Positions 18,399 to 27,787 of a stretch of DNA of 64,000 nucleotides are shown here, in pieces (the stretch's first letter is position 1; every line of letters begins with the position of its first letter). Below the pieces are notes generated by a model. The model did no database searches, was not told the origin of the DNA, and worked only from the letters and a program-made list of their open reading frames with translations. The position numbers and the translations under genes are program-made. This stretch comes from a virus, in the IMG/VR virus record IMGVR_UViG_3300020473_000021, positions 32,001 through 96,000 of that record, one strand, 5' to 3'.

Positions 18399-19334
18399 TT
18401 ACTTAAACGGTGTCTTCAACCAGTCCTTCAATGTGTATTCACTGACCGATAGACGTTGGTTGATATGCATGCGATACGGTTCTCGCAAAGCCAACACCGC
18501 TTCCTTATAGCGCTTGATACGCTCGATGATTTCTTCGTCTTCCATGGTAGGATGTAAGAAACCTGAACACTCATGCATCATTATATTTGTGATGCGTTGG
18601 GCGTCATTATCATCGTGTTCGATAACAGAACAATGGCTATGATAAGTCAGTAACCAATCGGTATCTAACCGCGTTAAATCCACGAACTTCTTACCTTTGA
18701 GTCTGGCTAAGAAACTGAACTCAGACGATTGTAAGGTAGCGATCTCTTCAGCATTATTAAACATACCGTGACCACTGAACTTCCTATCAATCTCAATGAT
18801 ACGATCATAGCCGCAAAAGTTAGCGATATCACGAATAGAATCCCGATTTGTAACGGGGTGTGGTTTAATCACCCATTCAGGATCTTTAAGAAGCTCAATC
18901 AGCTTACTCTGGTCAATAGCTTGAAATAGGTTGCTACCTGGTAACATGATGACCTTCTTGAACTTAGGTGCTTGCTCACCAGGTGCCATCTCATATTTGT
19001 CATCAACGAATGAATGTGGAAACTCAAGCTCCGCATCCTCATCTTTTATTTTTTGTGCTAACTGCCAATTGATCTCTGCTGATGCAGTACCAATTTGAAT
19101 ACCACCTAAGACATCATAATAGTTTAATGTTTTAAAGAAAGGTGGTTCAATCGTGATGCAGTCTGTACCCAATGGGAAATCCAAATGTTGGTCGATGAGA
19201 TCTTCGATTCGATGTAACGAAGAAAGTTTCTTATTACGTTTGTTCTCAGGACCAATGCGATCTTTGTTATCGCCATCTTTGTGGAGATGAAGGCGCGTCG
19301 GTGCCTCCATGAATATACCCTTAGAGTCTGGCAT
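18399..19334 (-). CDS. Putative GT-B glycosyltransferase (KpsS/KpsC, Capsule_synth-like)
   Basis: DKY...IMLPGS...VIKPHP...IATLQSSEFSFLARLKGKKFV resembles the SKY...KxHP...xNSxxGxEAxxxGKxV pattern of capsule beta-Kdo transferases. Confidence 0.5.
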   Translation of the reverse strand: MPDSKGIFMEAPTRLHLHKDGDNKDRIGPENKRNKKLSSLHRIEDLIDQHLDFPLGTDCITIEPPFFKTLNYYDVLGGIQIGTASAEINWQLAQKIKDEDAELEFPHSFVDDKYEMAPGEQAPKFKKVIMLPGSNLFQAIDQSKLIELLKDPEWVIKPHPVTNRDSIRDIANFCGYDRIIEIDRKFSGHGMFNNAEEIATLQSSEFSFLARLKGKKFVDLTRLDTDWLLTYHSHCSVIEHDDNDAQRITNIMMHECSGFLHPTMEDEEIIERIKRYKEAVLALREPYRMHINQRLSVSEYTLKDWLKTPFK

Positions 19335-19387
19335 TTTTTATTTCCTATTACGTTATGGTTATAGACATAATAAGAGTCTTACATGTC

Positions 19388-19417
19388 AAAAAATAAAGAG
19401 GGGACTTATGCCCCCTC
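19388..19417 (-). terminator. Intrinsic terminator
   Basis: GAGGGGGC-ATAA-GTCCCCTC plus TTTATTTTTT on the minus strand. Confidence 0.85.
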
Positions 19418-19424
19418 GATATAA

Positions 19425-21623
19425 CTACACGATCTCGACTTCAAGAACGCTTGGTTCTCCATTTCGATAAACCGTCATTTTACTTGGACCTGTCGCCCAA
19501 TCCGATTTAACTACGCCTGGAACGATGTCATCGCCAATAGGGAACTGTAGCACATCCCACGTAGACAATGCTTGACTCAAACAACCGAATCCAATCTGTT
19601 GTGCTCCACGGAACACATGTAGATCAGGATCGTCATTTAAGTCGATAGTGAACGTTGCATCAGGTATGTAGTCTGATGTGTTTGTCTGTGTGGTTTCTAC
19701 AGTAATGGTATCACCCACACGCGTCGCTTTAATGCGGACACCGTTAGGTACATCATCCCAACCGTTATTAGGATCATTAGACGAAGTAGGTTTAGAACCT
19801 ACAGAACCATCCGGCCATTTCAAGATACCTTGATAGCGATGTAGTTCTTTCGAATCGACACCGATGGCAAAGTTTTTATGGATTCTGAACTGACCACTGG
19901 TATTGAAACGACGAACAGCCTCAAGCGTATGGACTTGACCACTTGCATCACGAGCATAAGCCAAGACGATACCGATATAGTCATCGTCGCCATTAGCCGA
20001 GCTAACTCTCGCTTCAAATACGTAGTTCTGGTAAGATTCAGGTGAGATAAACCCGATATAAGTTGTGGAGTTAATTGTACACTCAACTGAGTTGGTATCA
20101 GTATTGTACTGCCACGCATTCATCTCAGATTCATCGAATGTCGTCGTTAGCGTATCGCCTTTACGACTGAAACGAGTCCAAGAGTTCAGTATCTCTTGCC
20201 ATGAAGCGCCCTTACCGCCTAGGTTCATCGTTAAAAATGGTGCATCAACTGAATAGTCACTGTAACTATCGTAGTTGGTGATCTGCCATTCATAAGGTTT
20301 ACCACGCGATACCGTAAGTGGACCATCTAACGTAGTTAAGTAGTTAGATCCCGACAATGCGAATCGCTTATCGAGTTGAGCGATCGACATGTTAGGTACC
20401 TTACCTAAACCTACTTGTGCCTTAGTGACCTTATGTGGATTATCCTTACGTGCTACGTGATTCGCTATCTCATCGCCTGCGGCTTGATCTATAGCCTCTT
20501 TAGCTGTTCTGGGAGATAGATATAAGTCGTTACGAGAACCGTCCTTAGCTTGCTGTATAGAAGCCATAGCGAAGTTCTTGAGTAACCCCAATCCCACCTG
20601 ATGCTTAGTGACATTATGTGGGTTAGTGAAATCCTCCAAATGCGCTTGAAGTATTGCACCACCTTGATCGGCGATAGCTCTGCGAGCTAAGTCAGGCGTC
20701 ACATAACGATCGTCTCTCGTGCCCTCTATAGCTTCTTCAATCGTCGCCACAAGAAGGTTAAGTACTTTTCCTAATCCGACCTGAGCTTTAGTCACCTGAT
20801 GAGGATTGTTACGATCGTTTAAATGTTTATCAAGATCTCTCAAGATAAACTCATTAAGGATATCCATCACCTTACTAGGCGTTAGACGAGTATTGTTATT
20901 GAACTCATCATACGCTTCGTCTGTGGTCGATTTAGCGTAGTTAGCAACGTTGCCTAAACCCACTTGGGATTTAGTTACATTGTGGGGATTATCACGACGT
21001 GCTTTATGTTCACGAATACGCATGAGTACGCTATCGGCATATGCATCCATCGATCCATATTCACGTTCAATAAACGCTTCAATCTCAATGTGGGACGTTA
21101 CATCCTTACGCAACACAAGGTCTGTCATGTCGTTCAGTACTTGTACGACATACTCCCAACCGTATATATCACCGATATCATGCAAATGCTGTACAGGTGG
21201 AAATACAGATGGTCTACCAAAAACGTCACCCCAGAGTACCTCACGTTCATCTAAGTTGATGTTATTAATCAAGTTAGCGATGACGGGTTCTATGTTACAA
21301 TAAACACCACCCAACACTTGGTAGTCAACGATTACTCGATCGCCTATCTCAGGATCGGTAATGACGACACCACAACAAATTTCACTATCGGCCAACTTAC
21401 TGGCTTCAGGATAATGAAGTACTGGAATGTATTGCGACTTGATATTAAGTTCACGACCCGTATCGGCATCTCTTACAATGAGCGTGTCTGTGAAGAAAGC
21501 GCCGTGTCGAGTAACAACACTTCGATTGATACCGGGCTTTAGCGTGTGAGGTTCCCCCACTACACGGTTGACAGGCGATTCACCCGTCTTATCTAATCGG
21601 TACTTACGTACGATCTCTTTCAT
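19425..21623 (-). CDS. Tail-fibre-like virion protein with inserted lectin-like (TSP C-terminal-like) domain
   Basis: YRLDKTGESPVNRV N-domain paralogous to 15290; 4 NPHxVTK repeats; GDDDYIGIVLAY motif. Confidence 0.8.
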   Translation of the reverse strand: MKEIVRKYRLDKTGESPVNRVVGEPHTLKPGINRSVVTRHGAFFTDTLIVRDADTGRELNIKSQYIPVLHYPEASKLADSEICCGVVITDPEIGDRVIVDYQVLGGVYCNIEPVIANLINNINLDEREVLWGDVFGRPSVFPPVQHLHDIGDIYGWEYVVQVLNDMTDLVLRKDVTSHIEIEAFIEREYGSMDAYADSVLMRIREHKARRDNPHNVTKSQVGLGNVANYAKSTTDEAYDEFNNNTRLTPSKVMDILNEFILRDLDKHLNDRNNPHQVTKAQVGLGKVLNLLVATIEEAIEGTRDDRYVTPDLARRAIADQGGAILQAHLEDFTNPHNVTKHQVGLGLLKNFAMASIQQAKDGSRNDLYLSPRTAKEAIDQAAGDEIANHVARKDNPHKVTKAQVGLGKVPNMSIAQLDKRFALSGSNYLTTLDGPLTVSRGKPYEWQITNYDSYSDYSVDAPFLTMNLGGKGASWQEILNSWTRFSRKGDTLTTTFDESEMNAWQYNTDTNSVECTINSTTYIGFISPESYQNYVFEARVSSANGDDDYIGIVLAYARDASGQVHTLEAVRRFNTSGQFRIHKNFAIGVDSKELHRYQGILKWPDGSVGSKPTSSNDPNNGWDDVPNGVRIKATRVGDTITVETTQTNTSDYIPDATFTIDLNDDPDLHVFRGAQQIGFGCLSQALSTWDVLQFPIGDDIVPGVVKSDWATGPSKMTVYRNGEPSVLEVEIV

Positions 21624-21629
21624 GATAAT

Positions 21630-22097
21630 CTACTCCTGCATCATCGCTTCTCGATGGTTATCGAGTAGTCTTCCCTTAACACCCACTTCAACTTTACCGT
21701 CGGGAGACCCTTTCTTCGCGATCTTCTTATAATACATCCATCCCATGGCACGCACAGCATAATACATTGAGGTGGCGGCCCAACCGGGTACACCTTCTTC
21801 CAACATACCGCGTTTGAATAAATCATCTGCTTCTTTACGCGTTACACGTCTTGAAGCATATAGGTAGTCGTGCAATAGAGCCGCCCATACAGAACGCCCC
21901 TTAATAGCAGCGTAGATATATGGAACCTTTGGAACGCTGTCTAAGTCTGTAGTGAAGCCAGTCGGTACGGTGTGACCATATTTGTTCCAATCTTCAACAA
22001 CGACCCACCAACCTCGTTTTGGTAATGGTGCAAGTGTCGGGACATTAATGTTATCGATGAACGACTTAACGTCCTTTATTTGCATTTGATCTTTCAT
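21630..22097 (-). CDS. DUF1353 family protein
   Basis: VPTGFTTDLDSVP, AALLHDYLY, RKEADDLF, MYYAVRAMGW. Confidence 0.85.
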   Translation of the reverse strand: MKDQMQIKDVKSFIDNINVPTLAPLPKRGWWVVVEDWNKYGHTVPTGFTTDLDSVPKVPYIYAAIKGRSVWAALLHDYLYASRRVTRKEADDLFKRGMLEEGVPGWAATSMYYAVRAMGWMYYKKIAKKGSPDGKVEVGVKGRLLDNHREAMMQE

Positions 22098-22131
22098 GAG
22101 TCACCCAAAAATATTTAAATCAGTCATAAAG

Positions 22132-22169
22132 ATATCACCACCGCCGAGACCATCGGACAGTGGTGATAT
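22132..22169 (-). terminator. Extended hairpin after gene 22174..22737
   Basis: ATATCACCACTG/CGGTGGTGATAT stem plus CCGA/TCGG inner stem on the minus strand. Confidence 0.6.
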
Positions 22170-22173
22170 ATCA

Positions 22174-22737
22174 TCAATATTGGGGATCAGTATTCCTCAT
22201 ACCCTCTATAATGGCCTTATGATTCTCAAATGTAGAGACAACGTCAGCAGTAGCGGCCGTTCTAATCTCCGCCTTTGCTACTAATCGGGCAGCGCGTAGT
22301 TGACGCACAAACTCCTTTAGTCGACCCATCTCCACTTTGATATCATTAACGGCCCAACTAACCGTCTCACCTTTAACATCGGCCCAAACTTGTATTTCAA
22401 GTGGTACGCTACCCTCGGTGGTAGGTGATCCTGCTTCTTCCCATTCTCGAATGGCTTCTTCTACCTGACGATATTCAATATCGATAGAGCGGAAACCGAC
22501 TTCCATGTGACTGACACGAACCTCATCTGAGATCCTATCGATCTCAGATAAATAGTACTCTCGCATGGTAAGCCACACACCATCGGTTTTCTCTTTAACG
22601 AAGTCTATCTCAGTCTGATCTAGCTCCGTCATATCGTCGCCCAACACTTCCACTGAAGAGTAAGCCATGTCCCCGTATACGAGTTTTACCGAACCACGAT
22701 AATCCTCAGGGCCTGTCATTGTATATTTAACAAACAT
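22174..22737 (-). CDS. Putative tail fibre assembly chaperone
   Basis: ID..SD.VR...EY.....A..W...G...VP..I..WA...LR.ARL.AK..I pattern; lies among fibre genes. Confidence 0.55.
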   Translation of the reverse strand: MFVKYTMTGPEDYRGSVKLVYGDMAYSSVEVLGDDMTELDQTEIDFVKEKTDGVWLTMREYYLSEIDRISDEVRVSHMEVGFRSIDIEYRQVEEAIREWEEAGSPTTEGSVPLEIQVWADVKGETVSWAVNDIKVEMGRLKEFVRQLRAARLVAKAEIRTAATADVVSTFENHKAIIEGMRNTDPQY

Positions 22738-22747
22738 TGATAATCAC

Positions 22748-23218
22748 CTATGTAGTCGGTAAAGCTTCAAGGTAGTGGACTGTTGCAAATCCATCCAAAC
22801 CAGACATGTCGGTTTGACACCCGATATACACTTCCGGTCCTGTTAACGTTATTTGAATACCGTTGTCGGTCCTGAAGAAATCGCTAGATGTGGAATGTGG
22901 TAAAGGTAACACCGTCGAAGTCGTTCGCGAACGAGCAAAACAGTTGGACGTATCTAAGTAGGCCGTCGTAGGGTCCCAGACATCAGTCACAGCAGTCGGT
23001 ACCGGCACAACCTTCGTTGTTGAATTAGGCAATGCACCTAAAGGTATTCTAACGGCCATAACTCTGCGATTCCCTACATACATGTTTGTCTTATAGGGGA
23101 CAGATTGAGTACTGGGAACAATTATACGGGCTTCTTCAGCAATGCGATCGATAAGACCCGATACAAAGCCTCCAAAAGCCTGAGCAGCTTCTGCTGCTTT
23201 ATTTGAAATATCTCCCAT
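22748..23218 (-). CDS. Small tail-fibre-associated protein
   Basis: Short N-helix plus beta-rich GALPNSTTK..LPLP..VHY domain; fibre cluster context. Confidence 0.55.
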   Translation of the reverse strand: MGDISNKAAEAAQAFGGFVSGLIDRIAEEARIIVPSTQSVPYKTNMYVGNRRVMAVRIPLGALPNSTTKVVPVPTAVTDVWDPTTAYLDTSNCFARSRTTSTVLPLPHSTSSDFFRTDNGIQITLTGPEVYIGCQTDMSGLDGFATVHYLEALPTT

Positions 23219-23283
23219 TACTTTGCCCTCAAAGAGTTAGTGAGGGGCGACTAAGCGCCCCTCTAAGACAAATCACCCACCAA

Positions 23284-24171
23284 TTAGGTAGTGGTGTAAG
23301 GCGCATTCAGGTCTGCGATAGCATCAGTAAATGCTTGAGTCAGAGTACTGATTGAGCTTGCCACTTCGTTTGTGTCTGCTTTGGTGTCAATGCGACCATT
23401 CAGGGTATTCTCTGTATCGGTCAATGCACCGTCAAGACCTGCTGGTGTAACAAACAGATCAGTCGCTGTACGAGACTGAGTTTGAGCTACTGTCGCTGTC
23501 GCGAAGTTGTCGACGTTAGCCAAACCGATGTCTGCTTTAGTTAATGCAGCAATCGTGTCGTTCAGGTTTTGGATCTGAGTGTTAACCGTGGTCTGATCAG
23601 CTTTTAAGTTGATAGCCGCAGTTAGGTCAGTTTCCAATTGATCAACAGTGGTTTTCGCCGCTTTGGTCGCAACCGCGTCGTTCAATACACCTAAACTGTC
23701 TTGGTTTGCAGAAATTGCAGTAGCAACTTCGTTGATGGTATCCAACGTTTCAGGAGCGATACCTGCTTGCGATTCCCAGAACGCGTTGATAGCCTGCATT
23801 ACACGACGTGGCGTCATGTATACTTCGTTCGTTGCGATAGCCGCGTCCAACTCTTCTGCTTGAGTTAAGTCAGCGATACCGTAGTTCTGGACGTTACCCA
23901 AACCAACCTGTGCGGCGGTTACGTTATGTGGGTTGTCCGTACGAGCAATGAATGCATCCAGTTGGTTCTTGACTTCAAGAGTTGTCAAACCAGTGGTACC
24001 GGCGATCAATAGTACAACGTCATTCAACGATTGACCTTCAAGCGCCAGCGAGTTTTGTGCCAAGTCAGCAGTTTCTGCATTCTTAGCGTCTTTAGCGATC
24101 TCTTTGATCTTAGCACCGAAGGCCAGGATCTGATCACGAAGATTAGCGGTGTTGGTAGTAATAGCTGTCAT
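23284..24171 (-). CDS. Short tail-fibre-like virion protein
   Basis: NPHNVTAAQVGLGNVQN repeat and APETLDTINEVATAI fibre motif. Confidence 0.75.
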   Translation of the reverse strand: MTAITTNTANLRDQILAFGAKIKEIAKDAKNAETADLAQNSLALEGQSLNDVVLLIAGTTGLTTLEVKNQLDAFIARTDNPHNVTAAQVGLGNVQNYGIADLTQAEELDAAIATNEVYMTPRRVMQAINAFWESQAGIAPETLDTINEVATAISANQDSLGVLNDAVATKAAKTTVDQLETDLTAAINLKADQTTVNTQIQNLNDTIAALTKADIGLANVDNFATATVAQTQSRTATDLFVTPAGLDGALTDTENTLNGRIDTKADTNEVASSISTLTQAFTDAIADLNAPYTTT

Positions 24172-24250
24172 GCTGGTTACCCTTTTAAGTTAATAATGGA
24201 AAATGCATATCGATCGATGTTTGACATTATATCAACCATACGATGGGTAT

Positions 24251-24898
24251 TTACTGCTCTAGTAATACATCAAAGTCATTTAAGACTTCTGACATTAAAG
24301 AGCGGTTACTTACATATGCCTTTTCAACGACACGTTTGGTTGGTAGGTCATCTTTACCAACCTTGTTAGGGTCATTAATAATGGCAATGTTGTAAATTAA
24401 TACAGGTTGTTGAAATGTGTAGATAAAGTTATTATCGTGTCTTATCTTTTCAACATGCCGAACATTATTCAGTTCAGCAACTCTACCATCCGAGATGGTG
24501 ACTTCCTCTTTTGCAAGGCTAGCACCGTTTAACCGTCTGAGTGATTCTCTTAAATCTTTAAACGGTTTACCTTTGGCAACAACTTCTAAGAAATGGCGAC
24601 GTATTAACATCGTAACATTCTCGATAGTAGTACCGATGGTTCCGGTGTTGAACGTGAAGGTCTGCTCACCTAGATGTTTCGATTTAAACACTTCACCCGA
24701 ATCCATATCCACTGAAATGTCTGGTTGCTTACAGTCGTACCAATGTAAAATCCGATATGAAACAACCCGATGTTTAGCAGGATATGGAGCAGAGTAAATA
24801 TCTATATCGATAGGTTGACAAAACACACCCCGACATACGCCTTCATTAGTCTCCAACCGTTCGGTATAAAAAAGCCCAGTACTTTTTGTAATGGTCAT
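24251..24898 (-). CDS. Hypothetical protein
   Basis: GAGG RBS before ATG 24898 (the longer track start lies in a terminator). Confidence 0.7.
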   Translation of the reverse strand: MTITKSTGLFYTERLETNEGVCRGVFCQPIDIDIYSAPYPAKHRVVSYRILHWYDCKQPDISVDMDSGEVFKSKHLGEQTFTFNTGTIGTTIENVTMLIRRHFLEVVAKGKPFKDLRESLRRLNGASLAKEEVTISDGRVAELNNVRHVEKIRHDNNFIYTFQQPVLIYNIAIINDPNKVGKDDLPTKRVVEKAYVSNRSLMSEVLNDFDVLLEQ

Positions 24899-24908
24899 CT
24901 CTACCTCA

Positions 24909-24939
24909 TAAATAAAAGAGGGGACCAACGCCCCCTCTT
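24909..24939 (-). terminator. Intrinsic terminator
   Basis: AAGAGGGG...CCCCTCTT plus T-tract on the minus strand. Confidence 0.75.
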
Positions 24940-24940
24940 G

Positions 24941-27679
24941 TTAACGTTTAGAGAAGTATGTCTCACCTTTCGGCCCGACAAACATCCAACCTAAGTTAGA
25001 TACCACCGCTCGCTTATAACCGATTACATCGGTATCAAAGTCATACGCAAACCAAGTTTCACCTTTGTTGGTGCTGCGGAATATCTGATCGCCGTCTGAG
25101 ACAACGAGGAATAGGCTATCGATTTCATCTGAACGACCTAAAGTAGGATTGAACTCAATGTCCAAAATACTCCAAGTATCAAATGCGAAATCATAGTTAG
25201 CCGTTTCACCGTTAGCATCTTTGAAAAAGACGTTATTGATATCCATGATATCAACAAACGTCATATCGCTTGAGATGCCATTGCTACGACCAGAAATGAT
25301 CTCATCAATACCCTGGCCAGGCTGGAATATAAACGGACCATTGTTGGTTGCTAAGAAAACCATGCCTTTATCAAATCGAGAGTAATCTCGAATCTCACTG
25401 ATTTCGGCATTAGTTTCTTCAGTCCAAGTCACACCCGCATCACCACTGTGGAAAATTGAATCGTTCGTGATGATAACGAAGTTGTTACTTGAGAACTGAC
25501 CTGCGCCATTAATGGTAAGTTTACTAGACAACCCAGTAGGCGTAACATCGTTCCAGTTAGTTCCACCGTTCGATGTACGGAATACTTGTTTGTTAACCGT
25601 AACCACAACCCAAGCATCACCCGTAACGCCTAAGGCTAAGATATCGTCGGTTGTAGGACTATTTAACGAGCTCCAGCTAGAGCCATTAAATCGAGCAATG
25701 CGTCCGCCAACACCCGCAACGATAAATGTACCGTCAGGAGCCGCCTGAAGGGCGTCTATGGATAGATTATAGCTCTCACCTTGGTCTGGATCACCAATAA
25801 AGATACCGTAAGAATATTTCTGTTGGATATCGATTAGGTGTTTACCATCGAGACGCCAGTTAAGATCTTCAAATGACGTAGTCACGCTCTCAGAGAAGTT
25901 CCGCTCATCTTCTTTGATGGTTTCAATCTCAGGCATGACGATTTGATCAATCTGGACTTTTGTCAAGTAAGGTGTGCTATACATATTCTCAACGTTCTGC
26001 TTGGCCTGTTCAGCAGTTGCTACCGACCAGTTGGCAACGTTGCCCAACCCGACTTGAGACTTAGTCACTTGGTGTGGGTTATCAGTCCGCGCTACGTGTT
26101 CCTGTATAGGAGGTAATGCAATCTGATCAACCGTTGCACGTACACCAGCTGGCGTTGCGTACATCTCTTCACTTTCACCCGTCACAGTCGCTGCAACACT
26201 CGCTACGCTATAGTTAGCAACCTGACCAAGACCAACGTCTGCTTTTGTCGTACCACGAGCACGCAATAAAGCATAGTTACCATCTTGTTGTGCATATCGA
26301 GCATCGTAGTCACCCCTTGAGTAGTTTTCTACTTTACTCAAGCCAATCTGATCTTTAGTCACATTGTGTGGGTTGTTCTGATTCTCTTTATGGTTATCAA
26401 TCGCAGCAATAGCAACGTAGTTGATCGCCTCAGCAGTTGCTTCTGGTGTCATAAACTTGTTGTTGGCAACACCATCACGAGCGTCTTGAGCTGTCGCTGT
26501 ATTATAGTTATCGACATTTCCTAACCCAACTTGTCCTTTCGTTACGTTGTGAGGATTGTCCGTGTTGGAATAGTGAGACAAAGCTAATTGTTTAACTTCA
26601 GTATCGATGGCAGCGAATACGCCCGCAGGGGTAGCAAACAAGGATTGGGATGTACCCTCTCTATGTTCTGTGATAGTTGCTGCTTTATAGTTAGGTACAT
26701 TACCTAACCCAACCTGACCCTTGGTCACGTTGTGAGGGTTATTGGATGCACCCACGTGATCTACAACGTCAGCACCAATACGGTTTTCAACGGCCGCTGC
26801 TACACCTTTTGGTGTAACAAACAATGTTTCTGATGTACCGTCTAACGTTTCACCCACAGTTGCCGTTTCGAAGTTATCGACTTTTCCAAGCCCCACCTGA
26901 CCTTTAGTAACGCCATGTGGGTTATCTTTGGCAGCAATGTGATCATCCACTTTGTTTCCAACTTGCACTTTAATTGCTTCAGCAACAACAAGTGGAGTAG
27001 TAAAGCGAACATTAGATTCACCAGCCTGACCCTCTTCAACGGAAGCGGTGGGATAGTTATCCACACTACCAAGTCCGACTTGGGTTTTTGTGACTTCGTG
27101 TGGATTATCGGTTTTAAGTGCGTGAGCAGCTGCTGCACCACCATCCAATTCACCATTAGCGATCGAATCTTTAATGGCTTGTAAGACATCAACTAAATCT
27201 GATGCACCTACTAAGTCTACCAGATCCCACTCGTGATCAATGACTGGGAATTTTTCCGGTAATTGTACAACCTGCTCCCAAGTTGTAATACGTGGGTTAT
27301 TAACCACGTTTGAAAGTAGCTCTGCCGCCTTGGATTCATCAATAATCCATTTACCGCCGATCGTTTGGTATTCAAGCTCTAATGTACCCGATATATCATC
27401 GTTGTAGATAGAGATGGCACCATACACAGGTTTAGCAGTGGCTTTCGAGGCAGAGTTAAATTGATATGATAGAACATAGTCTTCCCCTTTGATAAGTTCC
27501 TTACCAGAGGGATAGTGGACAATCTTCAACCCATCTTCAAAGAACGGTCCAGAGAACGGAACAATGAAGTAGTAATCCAGATAATCTGGAGGGCTAACGA
27601 TATGTCTTTCATTTTTGACCAAGTTCTCAGATTTCCGACCCGTTGGATCAAACGGATAGGTGTAAGATACCTCTGTCAT
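24941..27679 (-). CDS. Tail-fibre-like virion protein with C-terminal BNR/Asp-box beta-propeller
   Basis: YPFDPTG..SENLV N-domain; 6 NPHxVTK repeats; TSNGGTNW, SGDAGVTW, STNKGETW Asp-boxes. Confidence 0.85.
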   Translation of the reverse strand: MTEVSYTYPFDPTGRKSENLVKNERHIVSPPDYLDYYFIVPFSGPFFEDGLKIVHYPSGKELIKGEDYVLSYQFNSASKATAKPVYGAISIYNDDISGTLELEYQTIGGKWIIDESKAAELLSNVVNNPRITTWEQVVQLPEKFPVIDHEWDLVDLVGASDLVDVLQAIKDSIANGELDGGAAAAHALKTDNPHEVTKTQVGLGSVDNYPTASVEEGQAGESNVRFTTPLVVAEAIKVQVGNKVDDHIAAKDNPHGVTKGQVGLGKVDNFETATVGETLDGTSETLFVTPKGVAAAVENRIGADVVDHVGASNNPHNVTKGQVGLGNVPNYKAATITEHREGTSQSLFATPAGVFAAIDTEVKQLALSHYSNTDNPHNVTKGQVGLGNVDNYNTATAQDARDGVANNKFMTPEATAEAINYVAIAAIDNHKENQNNPHNVTKDQIGLSKVENYSRGDYDARYAQQDGNYALLRARGTTKADVGLGQVANYSVASVAATVTGESEEMYATPAGVRATVDQIALPPIQEHVARTDNPHQVTKSQVGLGNVANWSVATAEQAKQNVENMYSTPYLTKVQIDQIVMPEIETIKEDERNFSESVTTSFEDLNWRLDGKHLIDIQQKYSYGIFIGDPDQGESYNLSIDALQAAPDGTFIVAGVGGRIARFNGSSWSSLNSPTTDDILALGVTGDAWVVVTVNKQVFRTSNGGTNWNDVTPTGLSSKLTINGAGQFSSNNFVIITNDSIFHSGDAGVTWTEETNAEISEIRDYSRFDKGMVFLATNNGPFIFQPGQGIDEIISGRSNGISSDMTFVDIMDINNVFFKDANGETANYDFAFDTWSILDIEFNPTLGRSDEIDSLFLVVSDGDQIFRSTNKGETWFAYDFDTDVIGYKRAVVSNLGWMFVGPKGETYFSKR

Positions 27680-27787
27680 GACATGATCCTTAATCGAAAA
27701 GACAATGAAATCTTATGAAAACATCATAAAGAACGCCATATCATAAGCTGTTAAAAAATACAGCAGTTGATCATACGGAGAAAAATC

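Noticed and set aside
17100-27120. Regularly spaced DNA repeats suggestive of a CRISPR array
   Set aside because: They are degenerate codon-level repeats of NPHxVTKxQVGLG inside long ORFs; no cas genes are present.
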